From the NCBI GenBank assembly GCA_963665115.1, contig OY762007.1, positions 5,600,001 through 5,664,000 on the forward strand: a stretch of 64,000 bases of DNA. Reading direction: 5' to 3'. The notes under the pieces were generated by a model. It worked only from the letters and a program-made list of their open reading frames with translations. It had not been told where the DNA came from and searched no databases. The position numbers were made by a program, and so were the translations under genes. This DNA comes from an uncultured Rivularia sp. (GTDB taxonomy: Bacteria; Cyanobacteriota; Cyanobacteriia; Cyanobacteriales; Nostocaceae). Below are positions 10,493-20,360 of this stretch, in pieces; within the stretch, counting starts at the first letter, position 1; each line of letters begins with the position of its first letter.

Positions 10493-11473
10493 ATGGCACT
10501 TAGAAAAAGACGTTTGCAAAGTCAGAAAAATCAGTCTAAAAGTTCCACTGCTAAGGCTAAAGCTCAAACTAGTGCTGCAAAAGCAAAAGTTAAAAGTAGC
10601 ACAAAAAAAGTAAAGCCTGAAGCTTTATCTGTAGAAGCAAAAGTTTCAAGTAATACTCCAGAAATTGAAGTGAAAAATACAACCAAAAAAGTATCCAGCA
10701 AAACAAAATCCGCTAGCACCACTTTAGGAAAAGTTAAAACCACAAGAAAGAAAGTATCTAGTAGACGATTAGCTGCTACTACCAAGGTAGAAGAGGTGAA
10801 TTCCACTAAAAAAGTAGAAAAGGTAAAGCCTTTCAGCAAGAAAGTAGAAAAACCCGTTGCTGCTACCAAGGTAGAAAAGGTGAATTCTACTAAGAAAGTA
10901 GCTAGTAAGACTAAACCAGCTAGCACTACCAAGAAAGTAAAAGCACAACCTGCATCAACTACCGTTGAGAAGTCTAAAACCACCGAGAAGAAAGCAGCAA
11001 GCAATAAAGCTACTGCTAAGAAAGCTACCAAAGCAACTAAAACTAGCACCAAGAAACTTACTGGCAAAACCAAAGTTGCTACAAAGAAAGTTCAAGATCA
11101 AACTCGCTTGCTCCTGGCTTTGTGGGATTTAGGAGGAACAAAGAATCAAGTTAGAACAACAGAAGTAACTGGTAGCGTACAACGCAAAAATGAGAAAGCA
11201 GGAGATTATACTTCTATTCTCAAAAAGTTAGAAAAAGCTGGTGCTATTAACAGTACCCGTAAGAGTAAAGTTGAGAGCATTAAGCTCACCGATAAAGGTT
11301 TGGAAATGCTTAATGAAGGGCTTAAAACCCTTGATTTCAAATTTTATGGAAAGCAGGTTGGAAGTATAGTTGCAAGTAAATTTGTTGGTGGGTTGCTCAA
11401 ATGGATACGAGAAATGGATGGAGCAACAATTTCTTCAACATCAGAAACAGAGCAATCCGAAATCGCATCTTAA
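10493..11473 (+). CDS. Lys/Thr/Ala-rich (histone H1-like) N-terminal tail fused to a putative winged-helix domain
   Basis: About 200 aa of basic low-complexity repeats, then an RLLLALWDLGG domain shared with the next gene. Confidence 0.75.
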   Translation: MALRKRRLQSQKNQSKSSTAKAKAQTSAAKAKVKSSTKKVKPEALSVEAKVSSNTPEIEVKNTTKKVSSKTKSASTTLGKVKTTRKKVSSRRLAATTKVEEVNSTKKVEKVKPFSKKVEKPVAATKVEKVNSTKKVASKTKPASTTKKVKAQPASTTVEKSKTTEKKAASNKATAKKATKATKTSTKKLTGKTKVATKKVQDQTRLLLALWDLGGTKNQVRTTEVTGSVQRKNEKAGDYTSILKKLEKAGAINSTRKSKVESIKLTDKGLEMLNEGLKTLDFKFYGKQVGSIVASKFVGGLLKWIREMDGATISSTSETEQSEIAS

Positions 11474-11830
11474 TATTTGAATGGCGGGTAATGTTGTCAG
11501 GGTGTTATCTACTAACTGTGACATCCATTCGGTAAGTTTTAGAGTTGAAAGCGAGCGTTGTACATTTCTATTGAGGCGACAATATAGCAGACTGTAGAAA
11601 CGATTAAGGCTAGATAGATATCGCAGTTTGCTTCTCACAAACACAATGACTCGGCAAATTATTAGCTAGCTATTGCAAATTAGTGGTTTATGCAATTGGT
11701 ATTGAGTGCATCTAAACCTAAGAAAGAAGATTATCTACTATGCTCCTTAGTAAAAATTGATAAACGCAGATTGCAGAGTTTATTGCTTGGTACAAATTCT
11801 GCAATTTTAGCGTGCAAATTATCAATTAAA

Positions 11831-11911
11831 CCGGTGGTTGAAACCGCACGCCACTTGCTACAACGGAGGGAAACCTTCTGCTACGCAAGCAAAACCCACC
11901 TGCGTGGGTTA
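11831..11911. repeat. Nested small dispersed repeats (GGTTGAAACCGC...AAAACCCACCTGCGTGGGTT interrupted by ACGCCACTTGCTACAACGGAGGGAAACC)
   Basis: Inner part matches the reverse complement of the repeats at 29882 and 46584. Confidence 0.6.
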
Positions 11912-12084
11912 CGAATACCGTAGCATCTGCTTCAGATATTATTTATGAATAATTACGATTCTGCTAAATATACCTACACATCAAAAATTTTCAATGAATT
12001 CCGTTGAAATATTTCAGTAATTTTCCAAAAGCTAAATCTGTTTCATCAAAACTATACTGGGGAACGGTAAGTATAAATATTGAT

Positions 12085-12786
12085 ATGGCACCACAAAATA
12101 CTATTTTGAAAACCTCTGAAACACAGGCTAGAATGCGCTTACTTCTGGCTTTATGGGATTTGGGAGGAGTTAAGCAGGAAGTTAAAAAAGGCGATCTGAC
12201 GAAAAGGATTGTATCCAAAGGTAAGAAAATCGCCGATTATCAAAGCGTTTTTGAAGAATTAGAAAACGAACAAGCTATCTCTAAATCTAAAACAGGCTAT
12301 TCTCTGGAATTGCCTAAAGGTTTAGAGGTATTAGATGAAAATTTGAAAAGTGATGATTTCGCATTTGAAGGCACAATTGTAGGTACTTGGGCTGCTAATG
12401 CTTTGCTCAAGTGGATTAATGAAATGAACTGTGGACTAGCTAATACATCGAATAACGATTGTGCTACAGCTTCAGAAAATATCGTTAGCGAAACCGATTC
12501 AAAAAACAATATTACATCTTACGAAGAATTTAAGAAAGTAGCTCTGCAAGTTTACGAACAACTCAACAGCGACTACAACCTAGATAACTTAGTACCAATT
12601 TATAGAATTAGAAGAAAAATTGGCGATCGCACTTCTCGGAAGCAGTTTAGTGAATGGCTTTTAGAGATGCAAGCGGATGATATTTTTCAACTTGAAGGTG
12701 GAAGCGTAGAAGACAGCGCTCCTGACAAAATAGAAGATTCCATATTAAAAAGCCAGAAATTCAAGCTTATGCTCAATGCGAATTAA
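12085..12786 (+). CDS. Hypothetical putative winged-helix protein (RLLLALWDLGG family) with C-terminal LVPIYRIRR domain, probably 3'-truncated
   Basis: Paralogous to the 10493 gene; end overlaps the open frame of the next gene. Confidence 0.72.
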   Translation: MAPQNTILKTSETQARMRLLLALWDLGGVKQEVKKGDLTKRIVSKGKKIADYQSVFEELENEQAISKSKTGYSLELPKGLEVLDENLKSDDFAFEGTIVGTWAANALLKWINEMNCGLANTSNNDCATASENIVSETDSKNNITSYEEFKKVALQVYEQLNSDYNLDNLVPIYRIRRKIGDRTSRKQFSEWLLEMQADDIFQLEGGSVEDSAPDKIEDSILKSQKFKLMLNAN

Positions 12787-13991
12787 GTCAAATTATTGAC
12801 GATAATCAATCTTTAGAAACATTATCTCGGTTGAGTATATGGACTCAAGAAGCATTAGATAAAATATTGCATCAACAACAGCATATTTTTTTGAGCTATT
12901 TACGTGTTTATAAATTATCTCAGCCTTATGAAATATCGCTGGAAATAGAATCTAATAAGTTAGGAAAATATATCGGATTACCTAAACCCTTAACTGCTTC
13001 CAACACCAACCCAGTATTACCCGATAACATCTTTAATACTCGCAAGCGTCAGTTAGAAAAACTCGAATCACCACCGCATCTAGAATTGGAAAATTTACTA
13101 GATGTTCTATCACCTTTAGCTATCAAAAATCCAGCCGCGAAACAATTTCAAGAAAATATCCATCTATTTCTTGGTTGGAGCAATCAGAAACTAGCAAAAC
13201 ATTTTGATTCAGACTTAGTTTGGATTAATAAAATTGCTGAAGTGGGAAATTCTAGCGATGGAAATGAATTCGAGAGACTAACACGCAAAAGTTTTATTAA
13301 ACTCGGATTTTCTTGTTCCAATACCAATTTTAGAGCCAATCTTGACCCAGAAAAAGTAGGAGGTGCTGGAGGAGTTGATTTTTATTGCGAATATCCTTAT
13401 CCTGTTGTCGGGGAATGCAAAGCTACTAAAAGTGAAAGAGTACCAAGTAGTACACCGGGACAATTAATCCAACTTGGTAAAAACCATCTTCAAGAAAAAT
13501 ACGACCTTTGCGTCAAAATAATTCTAGCCGGTGGTGAACTTACAAAAGATGCAATTTTAACCGTACAAAATAATCATATGAACGTAATTACCCCAGAAAC
13601 TCTAGAAAAACTTGTTGAACTACAATCTAATTATCAAGGTTGCGTCAATTTATTAGAATTAAAAGATTGTTTGCAGCAGGAACCCTTCGGTTTAGCAGAT
13701 GATAAAGTTAATAGTTATATCAATAAAATCGAGCAAGATATACAATTGCGATCGCACTTAGTTCAATTAGTAAAAGATTTTCTGCAAAATACCAAGATGG
13801 ATTCTATGGGAGTGGAAGCTTTACATGGTGCTTATTATTCTGTTCCTCAACCGCCGCAACCACTGCAAACTAAGAAAATGTACGAAATATTAATCGAACT
13901 TTCTTCACCTTTAACGGGCTACTTGGGAAGAATCAAAGGTGCTGATTGGAAAAGCGATAAATTCTGTTTTCTCCGCGATTTACCGAGTTAG
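12741..13991 (+). pseudogene. 5'-truncated DUF1802-like protein with PD-(D/E)xK nuclease-like domain
   Basis: Frame open upstream of TTG 12831 (HIKKPEIQAYAQCELSQIIDDNQSLETLSRLSIWT); contains FLSYLRVYKL, FERL and GGVDF...VGECKA. Confidence 0.6.
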
Positions 13992-14001
13992 TTAGTAATT
14001 A

Positions 14002-14194
14002 GTAGGTTGGGTTAGACACGAGCAGGCAATTTGAATTATTAAAGAAAATCTAAATATCGTGTCGTAACCCAACATCGGTATTTTGGGGTCAATTGAGATG
14101 TTGCCTTCATATTAATTTATAAAATGTTGGGTTACGGCGCAACATTAATTCCTAGTTAAAACCATTATTTTACAATGCGCCTAACCCAACCTAC
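14002..14194 (+). mobile_element. GTAG-family REP doublet (REPIN-like)
   Basis: GTAGGTTGGGTTAG...CGTAACCCAACAT...ATGTTGGGTTACG...CTAACCCAACCTAC. Confidence 0.85.
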
Positions 14195-14329
14195 CAATTA
14201 CAAAATTAAAAACTTGTTTCTTTTAGCATTAAATTTGTGAGTGCGTTGCGCGGAGCGACAATACACCCTACTATTTTATTAACACTTCCGCTTTTATTAT
14301 TCTGTTTCAATATTAACTCGGATTCAACC

Positions 14330-14827
14330 TTGAATAAAAAGACACTATTAAATAATTTAAAAATAGTAATTCTAATTCCTCTTACTATTTACACTTTCGG
14401 TTGTTCGTCTAATATGGTTGAAGATAATAATTCAGTTCAGAATTCGACAACTAATATATCTTCATCACAAATATCAAATAAAGACATCGAACAACTTGTA
14501 AAAAGACAGGCTAAAGCTTGGGAAAATGCAGATTCTGAAGCAATCATTGCTGACTTTGCGGAAAACGGTGAATTTATCGCTCCGGGTACTTCCTTAAAAG
14601 GTAAGACAGATATTAAAAAAGCTGCGGAAGATTATTTTAAAGAATTTACAGATACTAAAGTTAAAATTACAAGAGTTTTTAGCGATGGGAAAGAGGGTGC
14701 GGTGGAATGGACTTGGAGCGATAAAAATAAAAAAACTGGTAACAAATCACTGATTGATGATGCAATAATTTTTGAACTTAAAGATGGAAAAATAATTTAT
14801 TGGCGAGAATATTTTGATAAACCTTAA
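14330..14827 (+). CDS. SnoaL-like/NTF2 family protein, probable lipoprotein
   Basis: AKAWENAD...AVEWTW...GKIIYWREYFD; hydrophobic leader ending TFGC. Start uncertain (TTG 14330 or GTG 14237). Confidence 0.8.
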   Translation: MNKKTLLNNLKIVILIPLTIYTFGCSSNMVEDNNSVQNSTTNISSSQISNKDIEQLVKRQAKAWENADSEAIIADFAENGEFIAPGTSLKGKTDIKKAAEDYFKEFTDTKVKITRVFSDGKEGAVEWTWSDKNKKTGNKSLIDDAIIFELKDGKIIYWREYFDKP

Positions 14828-14855
14828 TCAGTTAACGGTTAACTGCTAGCTATTA

Positions 14856-15872
14856 TTAATTATATTTTACAGTTAATGCAGCCCAAGAGAATCCAGCGGC
14901 GCTACTAGCTAAAACAACTAAATTTCCAGGTTTTATTTTATTTGAATCTAAGGTTTTACCCAAACAAAAAATAGTATCGACAGCCCCTAAATGACCATTC
15001 TCAGGTAAAGAAATGAATGTCTGCTCGTTGCTTAATCCTAATGATTCAAGAATCCTTTGTAATAAACTTTTCTTGACTTGATTGGTAAATAAAAAATTTA
15101 CATTATCAATTGAGTAACCACTTTTAGCTAGTGACTTGTGAATAACTTTTTGATAATTTTCTAAATAAACATCTGATAATATATTGTCTAATTCCTTCGG
15201 ATTAGCAACTTTCAAATAACTTAATTCTGTATCTATTTCTGTGTTCTCAAGGGGAAACTTTGTTCCTGCCAAAGGCACTTTGAGATAATCAGCCATTTTC
15301 CCGTTAGTCATCGCATGATAAGCAAGAATTTGATTGCTTGGTTCTCCTTTTTTCAAAATTGCTGCTGCCGAACCATCTGCAAAAATAAATGTTGATAAAC
15401 AATCTAAATCTGTATAATCAAGCAGCACGGATAGTTTATCGCTACAAATAATTAATGCATAAGTTAACTCATCATCTGCCAGCAACATATTCCGACATAG
15501 ATGGATGCCCAAATTCCCAGCATTACAAAAGTTTCTGACTTCAAAAGCAAAAGCGTTTTCAGCACCAATTTCACCTTGAATTTTAGCCGCAGGGGACCAA
15601 AATCTGTAATCATAATCTCCCGCACCACAATAAGCAATCAAATTAATTTCTTTGGCTGTAATTTCTGCGTTATCGATCGCTTTTAATGCTGCTTTAATCC
15701 CCATATCGCTGGGATGCTCATCTTTTGCAGCAATTGGTTTTTTATTTATGCCAATTTTTTCGGTAAAAACCATCTCAGGTAGATTGCTGAGTTTTGCCAT
15801 TTCTTCAGAAGTTAATACTCCTGAAGGCAGATAGTAACCAACTGATGCGATACCTACAGTTTCTGCTTTCAT
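14856..15872 (-). CDS. 3-oxoacyl-ACP synthase III-like (FabH-fold) protein with atypical active site
   Basis: YLP, SPAAKIQ, NFCNAG (Cys), FADGSAA, GHLGAVD and AGFSWAA. Confidence 0.88.
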   Translation of the reverse strand: MKAETVGIASVGYYLPSGVLTSEEMAKLSNLPEMVFTEKIGINKKPIAAKDEHPSDMGIKAALKAIDNAEITAKEINLIAYCGAGDYDYRFWSPAAKIQGEIGAENAFAFEVRNFCNAGNLGIHLCRNMLLADDELTYALIICSDKLSVLLDYTDLDCLSTFIFADGSAAAILKKGEPSNQILAYHAMTNGKMADYLKVPLAGTKFPLENTEIDTELSYLKVANPKELDNILSDVYLENYQKVIHKSLAKSGYSIDNVNFLFTNQVKKSLLQRILESLGLSNEQTFISLPENGHLGAVDTIFCLGKTLDSNKIKPGNLVVLASSAAGFSWAALTVKYN

Positions 15873-15999
15873 AAATACTGAAATTAAAATTTAAGTTTGT
15901 TTTTTACTTATGCAGACAACGATTTAGAAATAATTCTTGTTTAAGCCATCTCTATAGGGTTCTGATATATTCAAATCAATTTAAGTAATCAAGGTTACA

Positions 16000-16041
16000 A
16001 GGATAACAAACTATAATATAGCTTTTTGTTACATCAACTAC
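16000..16041 (-). promoter_or_regulatory. Possible NtcA-activated promoter (one-mismatch site)
   Basis: Minus strand reads GTAGTTGATGTAAC-N22-TATCCT. Confidence 0.35.
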
Positions 16042-16081
16042 CAAAAATTATCCGGTTATTTGTATCGCGTAGTTTAAAAAA

Positions 16082-17236
16082 TTATTTTACGTTACTTGCC
16101 AAAGTTAACTTCTTAACTAATTCATCTTTGAGTTGTTGAAAATAATTTGCAGCATCTTCCAAACCAGATGCTTTCGCATAACGAATTAAAGGTTCTATTA
16201 ACCAAGATTCTGTAGGAGTCATTTGAGGTTGCAAAGTTCCATTTCGCAAGTTCATATCTATCCATTGCAGACTCGAAGGAATATGATCTGCGTGTTTTTG
16301 AGCGCTTGTTATCGCTAGATCGTAAATTACTTCTACATCTTCTTGTAAATCGTAAACTTTGACCATTTGTCCTACCTGAAATACTCGATCAACTAATTCA
16401 CGAATCCGAGATTGATAAGCTGAATCAAGAATTTCCCTAACTGTCAAAATTTGAAAATGTCCTTGAGAATCGATTGCTAATAATTGTCCGAGTAAATTAA
16501 CCATAAGATTCACCAGCGCTTTATCAAATTCCAAGCGAGTGGCTGAACTATTTGCGGCTTCTTCAAACCAAGCTCCTCTTTCTGTCAAAATAGTAGTGCA
16601 ACGCTCCCTGGTAGCAGGATTTCCTCCAGCAATCTGAGTTCGCCCTTTGGGGCCAGGTTGATAAATTGTTTTACCTCCGCTTCCGATTCGCAATCCGGTT
16701 TGAATGGTGACACCGCGCAGCAATCGGCAGACAATCTGCGGTATAAGATCGGGCCATAAGTCAGGTAAACGCGCAAACAGTGTCGCTTCTTCAATTTTTT
16801 CAATAAATATTTGTCGAAATCTTTGAAAATAGATGCCGTTTGAAGCAAGAACAAACAACGGTAAAGATTCATTTGGTGAAGATAACTGTCCTTGCTCGTA
16901 CACAAGAATTAATAATTCGACAATGGTTGTAATCGTACTTAAGAGTTGGTCGGGATTGGGACAGATAAGCACCACTTCTGGTAAAAAACCAGATTTAAAG
17001 CAAGTAAGTAAATCTGGTTTGAGAATCTCTTCTGTAGATAAAGACTTAATTCCTTCTGGCGTGTCAATATTTATTTTGCCATCTTTGCGTAAAGCTTTGG
17101 CACTCTTAGATCCTTGCCTTTCTAATAAGTAAACACCATCTAATTGCTTTAACTTTCCACTTAAATGATAAAAAAAACCAACTCCAAGCGCTCCAGCTGG
17201 CAAAATGCCAATATTGCCTTTATTTAAGCAAGCCAC
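16082..17236 (-). CDS. Ketopantoate-reductase-like (PanE/ApbA fold) oxidoreductase
   Basis: ILPAGALG Rossmann variant, SNGI, FDKALVNLMVN (catalytic Lys-type), SSLQ and PTE motifs. Confidence 0.65.
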   Translation of the reverse strand: MACLNKGNIGILPAGALGVGFFYHLSGKLKQLDGVYLLERQGSKSAKALRKDGKINIDTPEGIKSLSTEEILKPDLLTCFKSGFLPEVVLICPNPDQLLSTITTIVELLILVYEQGQLSSPNESLPLFVLASNGIYFQRFRQIFIEKIEEATLFARLPDLWPDLIPQIVCRLLRGVTIQTGLRIGSGGKTIYQPGPKGRTQIAGGNPATRERCTTILTERGAWFEEAANSSATRLEFDKALVNLMVNLLGQLLAIDSQGHFQILTVREILDSAYQSRIRELVDRVFQVGQMVKVYDLQEDVEVIYDLAITSAQKHADHIPSSLQWIDMNLRNGTLQPQMTPTESWLIEPLIRYAKASGLEDAANYFQQLKDELVKKLTLASNVK

Positions 17237-17249
17237 AAGTTATTTCTCC

Positions 17250-17651
17250 TTACAAATCTGTGAGGATTTGACAAGCCTTTTTCAAATCGGAAACTTTCAA
17301 TATTAAACGCATTTTGTCATCAGGGCGAACGGTGCTACCGTAAGTATATTCAATATTAATTTGGGCGCTACCTAAAGCCTTTGTTAGCCTAGCTAATTGT
17401 CCCGGACTATCTGTAAGTTCAATCGCTAAAACATCTGCTTCAATTACGTACAATCCTTCTTTCACCAAAAGACTTTTGCAAATAGCCGGTTCGCTACTTA
17501 CCAAACGAATTACACCTTGTTCAATACTGTCAACAAGAGAAATTGCCATAATATTGATATCTTGTTGAGAAATAATACTGGTAACAGTAGCTAAGCGACC
17601 TGGATAATTTTCTAATGCAACTGTCAATTGACGTTGGGTTGTAAAGTTCAT
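17250..17651 (-). CDS. Tandem ACT-domain protein
   Basis: QLTVALENYPGRLA...DSPGQLA...NIEYTY. Confidence 0.88.
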   Translation of the reverse strand: MNFTTQRQLTVALENYPGRLATVTSIISQQDINIMAISLVDSIEQGVIRLVSSEPAICKSLLVKEGLYVIEADVLAIELTDSPGQLARLTKALGSAQINIEYTYGSTVRPDDKMRLILKVSDLKKACQILTDL

Positions 17652-17678
17652 AATTAATTGCGTTGTTTCCGGTTTTTT

Positions 17679-17869
17679 GTAGGTTGGGTTAGACAGAAAA
17701 CCAAATTAAACTTTTACCGAAAATCTATATGTTCTGTCGTAACCCAACATCCGTATTGTAGATAAATTGAGATATTACCTTAATACAGATAATTAAATGT
17801 TGGGTTACAGCGCAATCATAATTCCTAGTTAAAAACGATTGTCTTTTTTTTGCGCCCAACTCAACCTAC
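17679..17869 (+). mobile_element. GTAG-family REP doublet (REPIN-like), direct copy of 14002-14194
   Basis: Same ends plus shared internal segments (AATTGAGAT, TTCCTAGTTAAAA). Confidence 0.85.
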
Positions 17870-18026
17870 TGACTAATAATTGGTCGGTTTGGGATTTGTG
17901 TACGAATAAATCTTCTACTGTATTGCCTGGAATCTGTACCAATATTGTTTCGTCGCTGGTTTGAGGAGTGAAGAAGCAAGTCATTCCCTCCAAGTAGCGG
18001 ATTTCGATTCCCCTAATATTACTCAT
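17870..18026 (-). pseudogene. Truncated cupin (dTDP-4-dehydrorhamnose 3,5-epimerase-like) gene
   Basis: FFTPQTSDETILVQIP..VEDLFVH..QTDQLLV, then runs directly into the REP element. Confidence 0.6.
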
Positions 18027-18159
18027 AAATGATGTTGCTAAAAAAGCATCCTAAAAATTGAATAGTTAGTTCAATCTAAGATGCTCTTAAATAAAAAAAT
18101 GTTGCGGATGCAACATAAGTTACCAAAACATGGTATTAGATTATATTCTTTTAGCCAAT

Positions 18160-19749
18160 TTATCTGCCAATAGAGAATTTTAAACTGCTGGGTTGTCCAA
18201 AATTACCGTCTATTACTACACCGCGTCCGTTGGCATGAAGATGACGCAATATGATGTAAATTGACTCTATTTGCTCGGATGCACCTGCTTTTTGAGCTAT
18301 TTCTTCTAAGGAAAGTGGATTTTCTTCTGCTTGCAGAATAGATACTACTTTTTGCTGCACTTCCAAAATAGCTGCTGCTGCTTTTTTACCTGCTTCTACA
18401 CCCGGTTGATGATAAGCGTTGACGTTCACCAAACTAGCGTAGAAGCCTACAGCACGTTCGTACAGAGCGATTAATGCACCTACAGTTCGGGGATTAACTT
18501 GGGGAATGGTAAGTGTAATCGAATCGCGTTGGTTGTCGTAAAGGGCTTTTTTGGTACCTTGGAGAAAACCGGAAAGATAATCGCCGGATGTGGTTCCCGG
18601 CTCGATTTCTAAAGAGGAACCTTTTCTATCTTCTAAAACTTCAATGAAGGTTAGGAAGAAGTTTGCCACCCCATCCCGCAACTGCTGGACGTATGCGTGT
18701 TGGTCGGTTGAGCCTTTATTGCCGTAAACTGCAATACCTTGGTGGACGGTTTTACCATCCAAGTCTTTTTCTTTACCCAACGATTCCATTACCAACTGTT
18801 GCAGATAGCGGCTGAATAAAAGTAGGCTGTCTTTATAAGGAAGAACAACCATGTCCTTTTCACCCTTTCCGTTGCCAGCATGGTACCAAGACAAAGCTAA
18901 CAGTGCTGCCGGGTTATTTTTGAGTTCTGGGACGCGAGTTGCGTCATCCATCTCTTTAGCACCATCCAACATTTGACCGATGTCAATTCCTTGTAGTGCC
19001 GCTGGAACTAACCCTACAGCCGACATTTCGGAAGTACGACCACCTACCCAATCGTACATGGCAAAATGTGCCAGCCAGCCTTCAGATTCTCCAATCTTGC
19101 TCAGCTTACTACCGGGCATGGTAATAGCTATAGCATATTGTGCGAAGTCCAAGTTTTGCCCAGCATAGGCTTTCTTGACTTCCATCATTCCGTTACGAGG
19201 TTCGGGAGTTCCTCCAGATTTGGAAATCACCAATACCAAAGTACTAGAAAGACGGTTTCGCACGGTAGTTAATACGCGATCAATACCTGCTGGATCGCTA
19301 TTATCAATAAAGTGAATTGCCAGAGGTGGATAATCTGTAGCCAAAGCTTGAGCCACAAATTGAGGTCCAAGTGCCGAACCACCAATCCCAATCGAGATAA
19401 TATCGGTGAAGCGAGGAGCTTTGGGAGGATGAATCGCACCAGTGTGGATTTTCTCGGCAAATACTTCGATTTTCTCAATATTACTAACAATTTCTTGAGT
19501 TAACTCCGGTGTCGGAGCCAAATCGGGATTTCGCAGCCAATAATGTCCAACCATCCGTTGTTCATCTGGATTTGCGATCGCACCTTTTTCCAATTCGGTC
19601 ATATCCGCGAAAGCCTTCTTAAATGAAGGCTCTAACTTCGTAACAAAATCATCATCAAAGCCCATCCGGCTAACGTCTAGGTAAAAACCCAGTCCTTCAT
19701 GGAAATATAGCCATTTCTGGTATCGTTGCCAAAGTGCCGTAGCATCCAT
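18160..19749 (-). CDS. pgi: glucose-6-phosphate isomerase
   Basis: [35 protein letters not shown] and QPGVEAGK motifs. Confidence 0.98.
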   Translation of the reverse strand: MDATALWQRYQKWLYFHEGLGFYLDVSRMGFDDDFVTKLEPSFKKAFADMTELEKGAIANPDEQRMVGHYWLRNPDLAPTPELTQEIVSNIEKIEVFAEKIHTGAIHPPKAPRFTDIISIGIGGSALGPQFVAQALATDYPPLAIHFIDNSDPAGIDRVLTTVRNRLSSTLVLVISKSGGTPEPRNGMMEVKKAYAGQNLDFAQYAIAITMPGSKLSKIGESEGWLAHFAMYDWVGGRTSEMSAVGLVPAALQGIDIGQMLDGAKEMDDATRVPELKNNPAALLALSWYHAGNGKGEKDMVVLPYKDSLLLFSRYLQQLVMESLGKEKDLDGKTVHQGIAVYGNKGSTDQHAYVQQLRDGVANFFLTFIEVLEDRKGSSLEIEPGTTSGDYLSGFLQGTKKALYDNQRDSITLTIPQVNPRTVGALIALYERAVGFYASLVNVNAYHQPGVEAGKKAAAAILEVQQKVVSILQAEENPLSLEEIAQKAGASEQIESIYIILRHLHANGRGVVIDGNFGQPSSLKFSIGR

Positions 19750-19854
19750 AAGGGGAAATCTCAAGTCACGTTATTTCACAAACAAGTTTAAGCTAAGGTT
19801 CGAGGAATACCTTGTCAACTTATACAGTTTTAACTGTTTAGACAACTGCTCTCC

Positions 19855-20112
19855 CTAAACATCTGGCATAGGTATGACTCGCAGAAATTTCACAATTTCG
19901 CCTTTCACCTCAATTCCAACCAAATAATTATCCAAGGTAAAGCGGTGAAAGATGCCCGACTCATCAATTTGACGCAATTGAGGCAGCGAGTGCAAGTTCT
20001 CAGAAAACACAAACTCTACAAACACAAAATCCAACACCCGCTTTTTAGCAGTTAAATCTAATTCCTTTACATCTTTTAAAAATGACCGTGCGTATCTCAG
20101 TTCTAACTTCAC
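19855..20112 (-). CDS. RelE/ParE-like toxin family protein
   Basis: YARSFLKDVKEL...HRFTLDNYLVGIEVKGEIVKFLRV. Confidence 0.7.
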   Translation of the reverse strand: MKLELRYARSFLKDVKELDLTAKKRVLDFVFVEFVFSENLHSLPQLRQIDESGIFHRFTLDNYLVGIEVKGEIVKFLRVIPMPDV

Positions 20113-20119
20113 GCTTAAT

Positions 20120-20360
20120 ATTGGTTGGTTGTTAGTTGTTAGTTGTTAGTTGTTGGTTGTTAGTTGTTAGTTGTTGGGCATTGGGCATTGGGCATTGGGC
20201 ATGGTAGGTAGTTAGCAGTTAGGAATTAGTAGTGGGAGCATCTTGCTCCCTAAATATTTCCTTGTCACCTTATCCCCTTGTCTCCCCCTCTCCCCCTCTC
20301 CCCCTCTCCCCCTCTCCCCCTCTCCCCTCTTCCCCCTCTCCCCCCTCTCCCCCATCCCTC
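20120..20360. repeat. Stack of STRRs (GTTGTTA, GGGCATT, CCCCTCTC)
   Basis: Visible tandem arrays. Confidence 0.9.

Noticed and set aside
10564..11073. 169-aa hydrophobic ORF
   Set aside because: Antisense shadow of the Lys-rich gene
11480..11830. Possible decayed PIN/VapC toxin gene on the minus strand (IYLAL-like fragment)
   Set aside because: Needs several frameshifts and stops; too weak without a tBLASTn search
14002..14194. Repeated GTTGGGTTA/TAACCCAAC units as a possible CRISPR array
   Set aside because: Units are inverted pairs with irregular spacing and no cas genes are present; fits REP doublets
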